The translations under genes and the position numbers were made by a program. This document shows positions 18,626-26,448 of a DNA stretch of 32,000 nucleotides, in pieces. The notes below the pieces were generated by a model. That model made no database searches. It was given only the letters and a program-made list of their open reading frames with translations, and was not told the DNA's origin. Position 1 is the first letter of the stretch. Every line of letters begins with the position of its first letter. The stretch is from Ignicoccus pacificus DSM 13166 (GTDB lineage: Archaea; Thermoproteota; Thermoprotei_A; Sulfolobales; Ignicoccaceae), in contig CP006868.1 of NCBI GenBank assembly GCA_025340205.1, positions 930,001-962,000 on the forward strand, given 5' to 3'.

Positions 18626-19669
18626 ATGGAGTGCAACAAAAGGCCTTGGCTCAACGAGATAAAGTCATACAAGCTCCCATCAAAGCCTCCTAAGATACTA
18701 GCTAGACTCCACATGAACGAAAACCCGTTCCCTCCTCCGCCGCCGGTCGTTGAAGCTGCTTACAAGGCCGCTCAGCAAGGTAACTTGTACCCTGATCCAG
18801 AGAGGTACTGGAAGTTAAGGGAACTAGCGGCGAAGTACTACGGTCTTCCAGGACCCGAGTGGGTTTTGCCCACCCTCGGCAGCGATACCGCTCTTAAGCT
18901 GTTCTTCGAGGTATGCACCTTAGCCTCTGACGCTACCTTTCCCTTTCCCAGCTTCCAAGCATATCCTCACTTGGCGTCAGTGGCCGGTACCAAGATGATA
19001 TACTCTAATTTGAAGATAGACGGAAATAAGTTCGTATTGGATATAGAGGATTTCATAGATAAGAAGTCTTCAGCTGCTGTAATAGATTCTCCCAACAATC
19101 CTACCGGTTCCTTACTTGTCAACGAAGAAACTTTGGAAAGGGTGGTTAACGCCTTTCCTGTAGTCCTCTTAGATGAGGCTTACGGGGAATTCGCTCCATA
19201 CGACCTCGTGAGGAAGGTCGAGGAGTTCAAGAACTTAGTGGTAACCAGAACCATGAGTAAAGCGTTTGCTCTAGCGGGCTTCCGGATGGGGTTCTTCATC
19301 TCAAATCCAGAGTACGTGGATAACGTTTCAAAGTTGCTAATGCCTTACGACATTCCATCAATGACTATAGAGGCCGCAATAGCAGCGTTTAGCTATCTTG
19401 ACTATGTAAAAGACTATATCAACTATGTGAACAATGAGAAACGCAAGCTTTACGGGAAGATGGAGGAGCTTGGATGGAAACCCTTCCAGAGCTACACGAA
19501 CTTCGTGTTAGTGAAGGCTGTAAAAGACATAGTAAAGATGTTTAAGGAGAGAGGAGTTATGGTCAGAAGGGTTCCGCTGGGAGACGAGTGGTTCAGAGTT
19601 AGTATAGGCAGCCCGGAGGAGATGAGGATATTCTACGAAACGGCGGAGGAGATAGCCAAGAGATTATGA
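18626..19669 (+). CDS. hisC: Histidinol-phosphate aminotransferase
   Basis: LHMNENPFPPPPPV, YPDPERYWKLRELAAKYYG, SAAVIDSPNNPTGSLL, VVLLDEAYGEFAP and RTMSKAFALAGFRMGFFISNPE. Confidence 0.92.
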   Translation: MECNKRPWLNEIKSYKLPSKPPKILARLHMNENPFPPPPPVVEAAYKAAQQGNLYPDPERYWKLRELAAKYYGLPGPEWVLPTLGSDTALKLFFEVCTLASDATFPFPSFQAYPHLASVAGTKMIYSNLKIDGNKFVLDIEDFIDKKSSAAVIDSPNNPTGSLLVNEETLERVVNAFPVVLLDEAYGEFAPYDLVRKVEEFKNLVVTRTMSKAFALAGFRMGFFISNPEYVDNVSKLLMPYDIPSMTIEAAIAAFSYLDYVKDYINYVNNEKRKLYGKMEELGWKPFQSYTNFVLVKAVKDIVKMFKERGVMVRRVPLGDEWFRVSIGSPEEMRIFYETAEEIAKRL

Positions 19670-19939
19670 TTCTTCCTCTAGTTTACTTGATGCCTTAAGG
19701 ACCTTCTTCAATACCTCCTCGTGCTCCCTAGCAAGCTCCTCCGGCGACGCTGGTGGAGAGCTCTTCAGCAACTCGATCCCTCCAGCGAGCATAATTCCAG
19801 CAATCGGAACCGCTAGCTCCAAAAGGAGAATGTCTAAGAGTATTTTCGAATTTGTAATAATGTAGAGTATGAAGGTAGAGATTATTAGTAGCGCAGCCGA
19901 TATTAACATGAACGCTGGTACAATGACCTTCTTATTCAA
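19664..19939 (-). CDS. Small membrane protein, hypothetical
   Basis: 91 aa with two hydrophobic segments (VPAFMLISAALLIISTFILYIITN, ILLDILLLELAVPIAGIMLAGGIELL). Overlaps the hisC stop by 6 bp. Confidence 0.65.
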   Translation of the reverse strand: MNKKVIVPAFMLISAALLIISTFILYIITNSKILLDILLLELAVPIAGIMLAGGIELLKSSPPASPEELAREHEEVLKKVLKASSKLEEES

Positions 19940-19943
19940 CGCC

Positions 19944-19993
19944 TCTCTCCCGCGAAGGTTAAGGGAAGGTAAGATATATCCGCGAGGGAGAGC
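19944..19993. promoter_or_regulatory. Imperfect inverted repeat bracketing a divergent promoter
   Basis: CTCTCCCGCG (19946-19955) and CGCGAGGGAGAG (19982-19993), one unpaired base, flanking the AT-rich core aagatatat. Confidence 0.5.
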
Positions 19994-19995
19994 AA

Positions 19996-21195
19996 TTGAA
20001 CGTAAAGGTCGTCAAGGAAGACGATGTAGAGATAAGGGCTCTCAACTTTGAGAAGTGTAAGAGCGCGGAACTCGTATCAATCAGCGTTTACTTCAACGCC
20101 GCCAGAAGTGAGAAGAGGAAGGAATTAACTATAAGAGCATTGAGAAGTTTTATTGATATTGAGATAGAAAACCATGCCTTAGTCTTAGTGGATAATGGTT
20201 CCATCGATTCCACTATAGAAGTGCTGATGGATGAGGTTTTGAGAAGCGGATCCGAGAAGTGTGTATTAATAGTAAGGTTGCCCAAGAACTTGGGATTTGC
20301 CAGAGCAAATGAAATAGGGTATAAGTTGGCAAAAGGTCTATCAAAGCAGATGAAATACGTTGCATTGATAAACGATGATGTGGTTGTTGATGAGAAGAAG
20401 TTTAAAGAATTATATAGGATATTGGAGGACACGGACGTCTGTGGTGTTCAGGGAATATTGCTCCATCCTACCGGAAAGCTAGACAGTGCCTCCCTCTATT
20501 TCTCTCCATTGCTCGCATACGGAGGAACTGTAGGATCAGCTGAGTATCTTCCAGCATTGGCCCTCTTTCCAAGTTTTACCTCGTATCTCGACGGTGCTTT
20601 ATCGATATATAATGAGGAGTGTCTTAAAGGAAAGCTCTTCGAGCCTTATTGTTTCATGTACGGAGACGATTACGAGCTCGGAACGAGATTGACTTCAGAG
20701 AATGGGAAACTTCTATTCGTGCCTATAGTTGTGGGCACTCATCATAGGGGCCTCACGAGGACCTCCTCCACAGAACTTCATCGTAAGATAATGTGGTGGG
20801 GCGGATTTTGCTCCTCGAGCCTCTCCATGTCGCTTATCAATGTCCCTAAGTCTTTATTCTTCTTAGAACTCCTTTTGAGAAATTTTTCGATAACGATGGT
20901 AATCGCACTGAGCAAAGTAGGTTTGTTCAAGAATATCAAAGAATTAGTACGATTAAATAAATCTTTCATGGAGGGTTCACTTTTCGCTCTTTTCAGACCA
21001 GCGCCGTTTAGGAGAAGAAAGAGTGTCTTGTTGGAACCAAATGTGATCGAAATGATTTCTTCGCTTTCCCTTAGCGTGATTCCAGCTTGCTTCGTGTGTA
21101 GGCTCTTCCCTCCATGGAAGAGACTTAGAAGACTTTTAAGAGAATTAGAGAAAACGATTCACCCCTTATCCTCCGGAGAGCGGAGAGAGGCATAG
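19996..21195 (+). CDS. Family 2 glycosyltransferase
   Basis: VSISVYFNAARSE, LVLVDNGSIDSTIEVL, LPKNLGFARANEIGYKLA, YVALINDDVVVDE, SYLDGALSIYNEECL and EPYCFMYGDDYELGTRL. TTG start. Confidence 0.85.
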   Translation: MNVKVVKEDDVEIRALNFEKCKSAELVSISVYFNAARSEKRKELTIRALRSFIDIEIENHALVLVDNGSIDSTIEVLMDEVLRSGSEKCVLIVRLPKNLGFARANEIGYKLAKGLSKQMKYVALINDDVVVDEKKFKELYRILEDTDVCGVQGILLHPTGKLDSASLYFSPLLAYGGTVGSAEYLPALALFPSFTSYLDGALSIYNEECLKGKLFEPYCFMYGDDYELGTRLTSENGKLLFVPIVVGTHHRGLTRTSSTELHRKIMWWGGFCSSSLSMSLINVPKSLFFLELLLRNFSITMVIALSKVGLFKNIKELVRLNKSFMEGSLFALFRPAPFRRRKSVLLEPNVIEMISSLSLSVIPACFVCRLFPPWKRLRRLLRELEKTIHPLSSGERREA

Positions 21196-21548
21196 GGATC
21201 TTCTATCCTCACCCTCTCGTTGAGGGGCTGCGTGGAGACCTCAATCAACCTGACGTCCTCCAATGCTATGAGTTGATGTACTGTGTATGGTTCTATGGTT
21301 ATTTCCTCACCCTCCTGAACCAAGAACTCGTTGGGACCACTTCGTACCTTTAAGGTACCCTTATCGACGTATATGGTCTCCTTCTTCTGTCTATGGTAAT
21401 GGACGCTGGTGCTGTAGCCTTTCTTTATTTCTATTATCTTACCGCCATACTCGGGTTCATCAGCTATCCAGATCTCCCTACCCCAAGGCTTTTCTACTAC
21501 CTTTACCCTCTTGACGTTTTCTTGACTCAAGTACTTTAGTTCATCCAA
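21159..21548 (-). CDS. Cupin-domain protein, phosphomannose-isomerase-type-II-like
   Basis: VEKPWGREIWIADE, GYSTSVHYHRQKKETIYVDKGTLKV and ITIEPYTVHQLIALEDVRLIEVST. Confidence 0.82.
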   Translation of the reverse strand: MDELKYLSQENVKRVKVVEKPWGREIWIADEPEYGGKIIEIKKGYSTSVHYHRQKKETIYVDKGTLKVRSGPNEFLVQEGEEITIEPYTVHQLIALEDVRLIEVSTQPLNERVRIEDPYASLRSPEDKG

Positions 21549-21599
21549 GGGATCTGCACCGCTGAAGCCTTCGCAGAAGGGAAATAATACTCTAGGACC

Positions 21600-22325
21600 T
21601 CAGAGGAATATCCTCAGTAAGTTGAGTATAGAAGCCAATAGGAGCAGACCTTCTATCATCCTCTCATCGCTCTTGACCCTCTTCAAAAGCTTAGGCGCGA
21701 TTGTGAGCGAAAGGAGTGAACCAGCACTCATGAGCAAGACCGCTCCGAAGTCAATACCCTTCATAGCACTCAGGTAACCCAAGGCTGTGGTTAGGGTAGG
21801 TATAAGCTTCAGCAAGGGTGTCATCGCTATGGCATTTTTCAAGTCAACGTTGAATATTGTCTGAATAGTAACAAATATTATCGAAAGACCTCCACCGACG
21901 GTGCTCTTATCTAGAGCTGCTATTAGGGCGAAAAACGAGAGCACGTATCTGCTCCTTATCCACACCCTCTTCCTTATTTCAAGCACGGCTAAAGCGGCTA
22001 GTAAAGTCAAGGAATACAGAACTCTTCTTTCTATTATAGACATTGATAGAATAAAGAACGGTAATATGAACGAGAGGACCGAGGTCATCGCTATGAATAC
22101 CAATACGGGCCAAGGTATGCTTAACGATACGTTGCCCTCTCTTAAATGGGCGATGAAGGCGGGGATGAGGGTAAGTAATTGAGAGAAGACGATAACGCTT
22201 ACCGCTTGCTTAGGGTCCATTCCTAATATAGGTACAAGGATTAGCGAGGCGGTGAGGCCGTACCCTAACGCTAATGTGTAATCCAATAAGCCCGCCACGA
22301 AGCCAATCGCTAGCCACGTCAGCAT
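21600..22325 (-). CDS. TauE/SafE-family (sulfite/sulfonate exporter-like) membrane permease
   Basis: Eight-ish hydrophobic segments: WLAIGFVAGLLDYTLALGYGLTASLILVPILGMDPKQAVSVIVFSQLLTLIPAFIAH and the second half GGGLSIIFVTIQTIFNVDLKNAIAMTPLLKLIPTLTTALGYL. Confidence 0.75.
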   Translation of the reverse strand: MLTWLAIGFVAGLLDYTLALGYGLTASLILVPILGMDPKQAVSVIVFSQLLTLIPAFIAHLREGNVSLSIPWPVLVFIAMTSVLSFILPFFILSMSIIERRVLYSLTLLAALAVLEIRKRVWIRSRYVLSFFALIAALDKSTVGGGLSIIFVTIQTIFNVDLKNAIAMTPLLKLIPTLTTALGYLSAMKGIDFGAVLLMSAGSLLSLTIAPKLLKRVKSDERMIEGLLLLASILNLLRIFL

Positions 22326-22428
22326 TCTTCCTCACAAGCCCCTCCTAGGATTAGCTTTTATCGACCTCCGAAGGTGTGAGACACAAACCGAGAAAGCACA
22401 TGAAGTCCACAGAGCCTCCGATGTCGGT

Positions 22429-22992
22429 GTGATCGAAGTGAAGTGCTTGGAGAAGGCTCCGGTAATCTGGTTGACGGGCTTGCCGGGCAGCGGAAAGAGT
22501 ACCTTAGCTAAGAACGTAGCCAAGAAGCTAAAGGAAATGGGCTACAAGGTGGAGGTGCTCGATGGAGATTGGGTAAGGAAGACGATCAACCCCGACGCGG
22601 GGTACACCAAGGAGGAGAGGGCTAGACATTTGAGGAGGGTCGCTTGGATAGCTAGGTTGTTAGCTAGGAACGGAGTCATCACCTTGTGCTCCTTCGTATC
22701 TCCCTATAGAGAGGTAAGGAGACAGATAAGGGAGATAGTGGAGGAAGAGGTACCCTTCTACGAGATCTACGTGAAGTGTCCGGTGGAGGAGTGCATCAAG
22801 AGGGATCCTAAGGGTCTGTATAAGAAGGCCTTGAGGGGAGAGATAAAGCACTTTACTGGAATAAGTGATCCCTACGAGCCTCCCGAAAATCCCGACTTAG
22901 TGATCGATACCGTTAACGAGAGCGTGGAGGAGAGCACCGAGAAGTTATTGAGGTTCGTTTTAGATAAAATATCTAAACTCTCAGAGGAGTAA
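22429..22992 (+). CDS. cysC: Adenylylsulfate (APS) kinase
   Basis: VIWLTGLPGSGKSTLAKNVAKKL, VEVLDGDWVRKTINPDAGYTKEERARHLRRVAWIARLLARNGVITLCSFVSPYREVR, YEIYVKCPVEECIKRDPKGLYKKALRGEIKHFTGI and YEPPENPDLVIDT. GTG start. Confidence 0.93.
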   Translation: MIEVKCLEKAPVIWLTGLPGSGKSTLAKNVAKKLKEMGYKVEVLDGDWVRKTINPDAGYTKEERARHLRRVAWIARLLARNGVITLCSFVSPYREVRRQIREIVEEEVPFYEIYVKCPVEECIKRDPKGLYKKALRGEIKHFTGISDPYEPPENPDLVIDTVNESVEESTEKLLRFVLDKISKLSEE

Positions 22993-23012
22993 TTTTTCTG
23001 AATACAAATAGG

Positions 23013-23276
23013 TCATATCAATCCTATCCTGCTTGCTACGTCCGCGGCCTTGTACTCCTTGCTCAGCTTTACGTAAGCCTTCTTCTCTCCCTCTGGGGTG
23101 ATCATGGTATTTACTTTCTCTACCTTAACTTCATACATCTCCTCAACAGCCTTCTTTATCTCTGGCTTGGTAGCATCCCTTCTAACTATGAATGTCAACG
23201 TGTTGTTGCTCTCTATTAACGCTATCGCCTTTTCGGTGTGTACAGGCCTTATTATGATCTCTTCCGGGCTCCTCAT
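23013..23276 (-). CDS. rpl23: 50S ribosomal protein L23
   Basis: [65 protein letters not shown]. Confidence 0.94.
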   Translation of the reverse strand: MRSPEEIIIRPVHTEKAIALIESNNTLTFIVRRDATKPEIKKAVEEMYEVKVEKVNTMITPEGEKKAYVKLSKEYKAADVASRIGLI

Positions 23277-24049
23277 GGTGTGAACCTCCTCCCTATCTCC
23301 TCGAGAGCCTTTTTGCTAATGATAGTTAGCCTTCCGGGAACTCCTCCTGGAGCCAAGTGCTTGACGCTGAGGACCCTTACTGCTACGGCTTCAGTTCCGG
23401 GGAAGGCTCCTACCGCCTTCCTCACGGGAGCGTTCTCATCGGCTATGACCAATAGAGGCCCAACCCTCTTCTTGTATCTCCTCCCCCTCATCTTACCCTT
23501 AGTGCTTCTCTGCCTCCACTGGGAGGCCCTTTCCACGTCCTCCCACACACCAATCTTCTTGAATATCTCCTTTAGCTCCTTGCTCTTACTCACGTTCTCG
23601 AGGTCGTCTACTACTATTACCGGGAAGCTCTTGACATTGGTAATTATATGACCTCTAGCCTCTACGAACTCCTTCCTAGCAGTAGCAGCTAGGGCACTCA
23701 TTATGGCCATTCTTCTCTCTTTCTTGTTTATCTCTTCGTGGATCTTCTTGTCAGGCCTTGGAGGGAAGGCTAGGTGGCCTCCGACAGCGGAGTTGATGAA
23801 AGCAGCCCTGTTGCTTCCCTTTATTCTTGGAACTCTAGCTATTCCGTAACCTATACCTAGGCTCTCAGCGGTGGTCCTCTTACCAGCCATAGGATCCCTT
23901 CCCTTGGGCTGTAGTCTAGCAGTGAAGGCGCTGAGGAAGGCCCTCCTAATTAAGTCAGCCCTTACTGGTACGGAGAATACGGCCGGTAGTTCTACCTCTC
24001 CTACCTCCTTACCCTCGAGGTCTATTAAGGGCCTCTTCAAGTCCTCCAT
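23273..24049 (-). CDS. rpl4: 50S ribosomal protein L4 (archaeal/eukaryotic L4e type)
   Basis: [61 protein letters not shown] and [24 protein letters not shown]. Start trimmed to [14 protein letters not shown]. Confidence 0.94.
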   Translation of the reverse strand: MEDLKRPLIDLEGKEVGEVELPAVFSVPVRADLIRRAFLSAFTARLQPKGRDPMAGKRTTAESLGIGYGIARVPRIKGSNRAAFINSAVGGHLAFPPRPDKKIHEEINKKERRMAIMSALAATARKEFVEARGHIITNVKSFPVIVVDDLENVSKSKELKEIFKKIGVWEDVERASQWRQRSTKGKMRGRRYKKRVGPLLVIADENAPVRKAVGAFPGTEAVAVRVLSVKHLAPGGVPGRLTIISKKALEEIGRRFTP

Positions 24050-24096
24050 TCCCAACACTCTACTATGGAACCATAACGCGTTCACGTACCATCACC

Positions 24097-25173
24097 TCAG
24101 TTACCTTGCTTAGAGCTCAAGCTGATGTAGTTGATCGGGGGCGGTCCAGCTGGCTCCCAGCTCGGAGGCCTTACGGGAAGCCTTAACACTATCGGTCTCT
24201 TAGGCGGACCGAACACGCTTCCCGCCAGCACTACGTACTTGCTCTTTACTAGGCCGTAGTGTAGCCATCCACCCTTTACGTTGATCTTGCTGGGGTCGTC
24301 ACTTATCATGAGTACCCTCTTGTTGTAATCGGTCCTCCTGTGGTAGCCCATCTGGCCGGGCTGGGGCACATAGCTGGAGGTACCCTTTCCGGAGGACCTA
24401 GCTCCTATCCTCCTTGAACCCTTCCTGTGCTTGTGCCACTTAGGCAACTCCTTGACTCCGAACCTCTTGATCACGCCCTGGAAGCCCTTACCCTTGGTAA
24501 CTCCTATTACATCTACGAACTTACCGGCCTCTATTACCTCCTCCACGTCCACTAGGTTACCTAGCTTCTCCTTTGCGAAGTTGAAGGCATCCTCCACTCC
24601 TCCTCCTACCTTGACCTCAAGGATGTCGACAGCCTTCTTGCTTACCCCTCCGGCTAGGAAGGGTATAGAGGTCATTATCAAGGCCACCTTCCTTACCTTG
24701 TCTAAGTCCACGTCGAACTCCTTCTCGGGGACCTTGAACTCGAATCCCTTACCACTTCCGAGAGACTCGACCATGTGAGGAAGTCTCTTGCTTAGTCCTA
24801 GGAGGTACTTTCTGGCTACATCCTCTCCTAGCTTCTCCTTAATTACATCAGTGGGGTTCCTCCAGACCTCCCCCATCACGAAGTGTCCTCTATTGGGATC
24901 GTAGCCGTATACCCTAGCTCCCAGTACCACCATAGGAGGGGTCTCGACCACGGTGACGGGTACGAATATCTCTTGTCCAGCGGTGTCCACGTGCTCTCTG
25001 TCGTCCACCATGAGCACGTGGGTCATTCCCACTTTATAGCCCAAGAACGCTAAGGGTTTCGCCACGTCTACCTTGGGCCAGCTCCTAACCCTAGGTACTA
25101 TGTCAGCGGCTCTCTTCCTCGGCCTAAGCCCCGCTGAACCTCGACGAGGCGCCTCTTTCTTTCGTGCTCCCAA
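24097..25173 (-). CDS. rpl3: 50S ribosomal protein L3 (archaeal type)
   Basis: PLAFLGYKVGMTHVLMVDD, VIGVTKGKGFQGVIKRFGVKELPKWHKHRKGSRRIGARSSGKGTSSYVPQPGQMGYHRRTDYNKRVLMI and FGPPKRPIVLRLPVR. Confidence 0.95.
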   Translation of the reverse strand: MGARKKEAPRRGSAGLRPRKRAADIVPRVRSWPKVDVAKPLAFLGYKVGMTHVLMVDDREHVDTAGQEIFVPVTVVETPPMVVLGARVYGYDPNRGHFVMGEVWRNPTDVIKEKLGEDVARKYLLGLSKRLPHMVESLGSGKGFEFKVPEKEFDVDLDKVRKVALIMTSIPFLAGGVSKKAVDILEVKVGGGVEDAFNFAKEKLGNLVDVEEVIEAGKFVDVIGVTKGKGFQGVIKRFGVKELPKWHKHRKGSRRIGARSSGKGTSSYVPQPGQMGYHRRTDYNKRVLMISDDPSKINVKGGWLHYGLVKSKYVVLAGSVFGPPKRPIVLRLPVRPPSWEPAGPPPINYISLSSKQGN

Positions 25174-25237
25174 GAGTTCTCCCCCTTCTCCACCCGACGC
25201 GAGGGCTTTTTGAAGACTTCAAGTCCCTCCAAAGTCC

Positions 25238-25741
25238 TCACTGCTGGATCACGAACTCACAGTACTCGTCACCGGAAGGCATATGTGCAGTTCTCTTTAT
25301 TATAACCTCAGCGTCAGGAGCCCCCAACTTTCTTCCATTCTCTAACTCTAAACGAACCTTCTTACCAGTCAGCCTCTCTATTATGCCAGCCTTTATGGCT
25401 CCACAAGCGGTGCATGCCAGAGGCTTCTTCTCGGTAAAGTCGTAGTGCGGACACTTCTTCACTCTGACAGTCAAGGGATTCTCGCTCACTATCTCGTATT
25501 CGAAGGGCTTACCTATCTTTTGATAGGGTAAGTAGCAAGCTAGCAAGGCGTCTTTGATATCTTTTATATTCATTAAGTCGACCATTAAGTCTCCGGCGCT
25601 GTTCTTGGTTGCCTCCTTTACTATCCTGAATATCATAGCAGTTGTCGCTCCCGACCCTATGTGCTTCTCGAGTTCGGTCGGCATGTACTTGAAAAGTAAT
25701 CGCTCCAGCGCGTCTGAGAAGAATTGGCAGACGGAGTCCAA
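25238..25741 (-). CDS. Hypothetical Cys-containing protein, possibly V4R-like at the C-terminus
   Basis: 167 aa: VKKCPHYDFTEKKPLACTACGAIKAGIIERLTGKKVRLELENGRKLGAPDAEVIIKRTAHMPSGDEYCEFVIQQ. The GxxYCxF ending and CxxC recall V4R/4-vinyl-reductase-like domains, but this is weak. Confidence 0.6.
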   Translation of the reverse strand: MDSVCQFFSDALERLLFKYMPTELEKHIGSGATTAMIFRIVKEATKNSAGDLMVDLMNIKDIKDALLACYLPYQKIGKPFEYEIVSENPLTVRVKKCPHYDFTEKKPLACTACGAIKAGIIERLTGKKVRLELENGRKLGAPDAEVIIKRTAHMPSGDEYCEFVIQQ

Positions 25742-25790
25742 ATGACATCCCTACCTTACTTTAGTCAAAAAGGATTTTTAGACATGGACC

Positions 25791-25859
25791 TCATGGATTC
25801 TCTTCATTTCTCCATGAAGAAGACCAAAGAGAGCGCTTTTAGTCAATCGCTAAAAGCTC
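25791..25859. promoter_or_regulatory. Divergent intergenic region with two perfect inverted repeats upstream of rmlC
   Basis: TCATGGA (25791-25797)/TCCATGA (25813-25819), and GCTTTTAG (25837-25844)/CTAAAAGC (25852-25859). Confidence 0.55.
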
Positions 25860-25875
25860 CATATGGATTGGAAGC

Positions 25876-26442
25876 ATGCCGTTCCTCGAGTTCAAGAGGC
25901 TCGACATCCCTGACGTAATACTCGTAACTCCCAAGGTCTTCCCAGATCAGAGGGGCTATTTCAAGGAGATATGGAAGAGGACCCCCTTCCTAGCGGAGGG
26001 GATACCTTACGACTTCGTTCAAGCAAACGTCAGTATGAGCAAGAAATACATCCTTAGGGGGCTCCACTATCAGCTCAAGCCTTCCGAGATGGGTAAGTTA
26101 GTAACCGTGCTAAAAGGAAGAATATTCGACGTAGCGGTCGATATAAGGAAGGGATCCCCTTACTATGGGAAATGGGTAGGTGTGGAGCTCAGCGAGGACA
26201 ACCACAAGCTACTGTGGATCCCTCCAGGCTTCGCCCACGGCTTCCAAGCCTTAGAGGACGATACAATAGTTTTGTACCTAGTCACGAAGGAGTACGACCC
26301 AGAGAGGGACGCTTGCATGAGGTGGGATGACCCAGAAATAGGGATCGAATGGCCATACCCGGATAAGGCCATCTTGAGTCAGAAGGATTCCAAGTGCCCT
26401 CCTCTTAGGGAGGCTCCCAATAACTTCACCTACCCTATATGA
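25876..26442 (+). CDS. rmlC: dTDP-4-dehydrorhamnose 3,5-epimerase
   Basis: FPDQRGYFKEIWKR, VQANVSMSKKYILRGLHYQLKPSEMGKLVTVLKGRIFDVAVDIRKGSPYYGKWVGVELSEDNHKLLWIPPGFAHGFQAL. Confidence 0.95.
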   Translation: MPFLEFKRLDIPDVILVTPKVFPDQRGYFKEIWKRTPFLAEGIPYDFVQANVSMSKKYILRGLHYQLKPSEMGKLVTVLKGRIFDVAVDIRKGSPYYGKWVGVELSEDNHKLLWIPPGFAHGFQALEDDTIVLYLVTKEYDPERDACMRWDDPEIGIEWPYPDKAILSQKDSKCPPLREAPNNFTYPI

Positions 26443-26448
26443 GGTGTT

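Noticed and set aside
20088-20432. 114-aa minus-strand ORF
   Set aside because: Antisense to the GT2 catalytic domain, which has strong motif support.
23871-24778. Plus-strand ORFs opposite rpl4 and rpl3
   Set aside because: Fully antisense to confidently assigned ribosomal protein genes; shadow frames without recognisable domains.
25238-25741. Considered as translation initiation factor 2 beta because of the Cys-rich C-terminus near ribosomal genes
   Set aside because: Lacks the aIF2-beta core and the canonical YVxCxxCxxPDT zinc ribbon.
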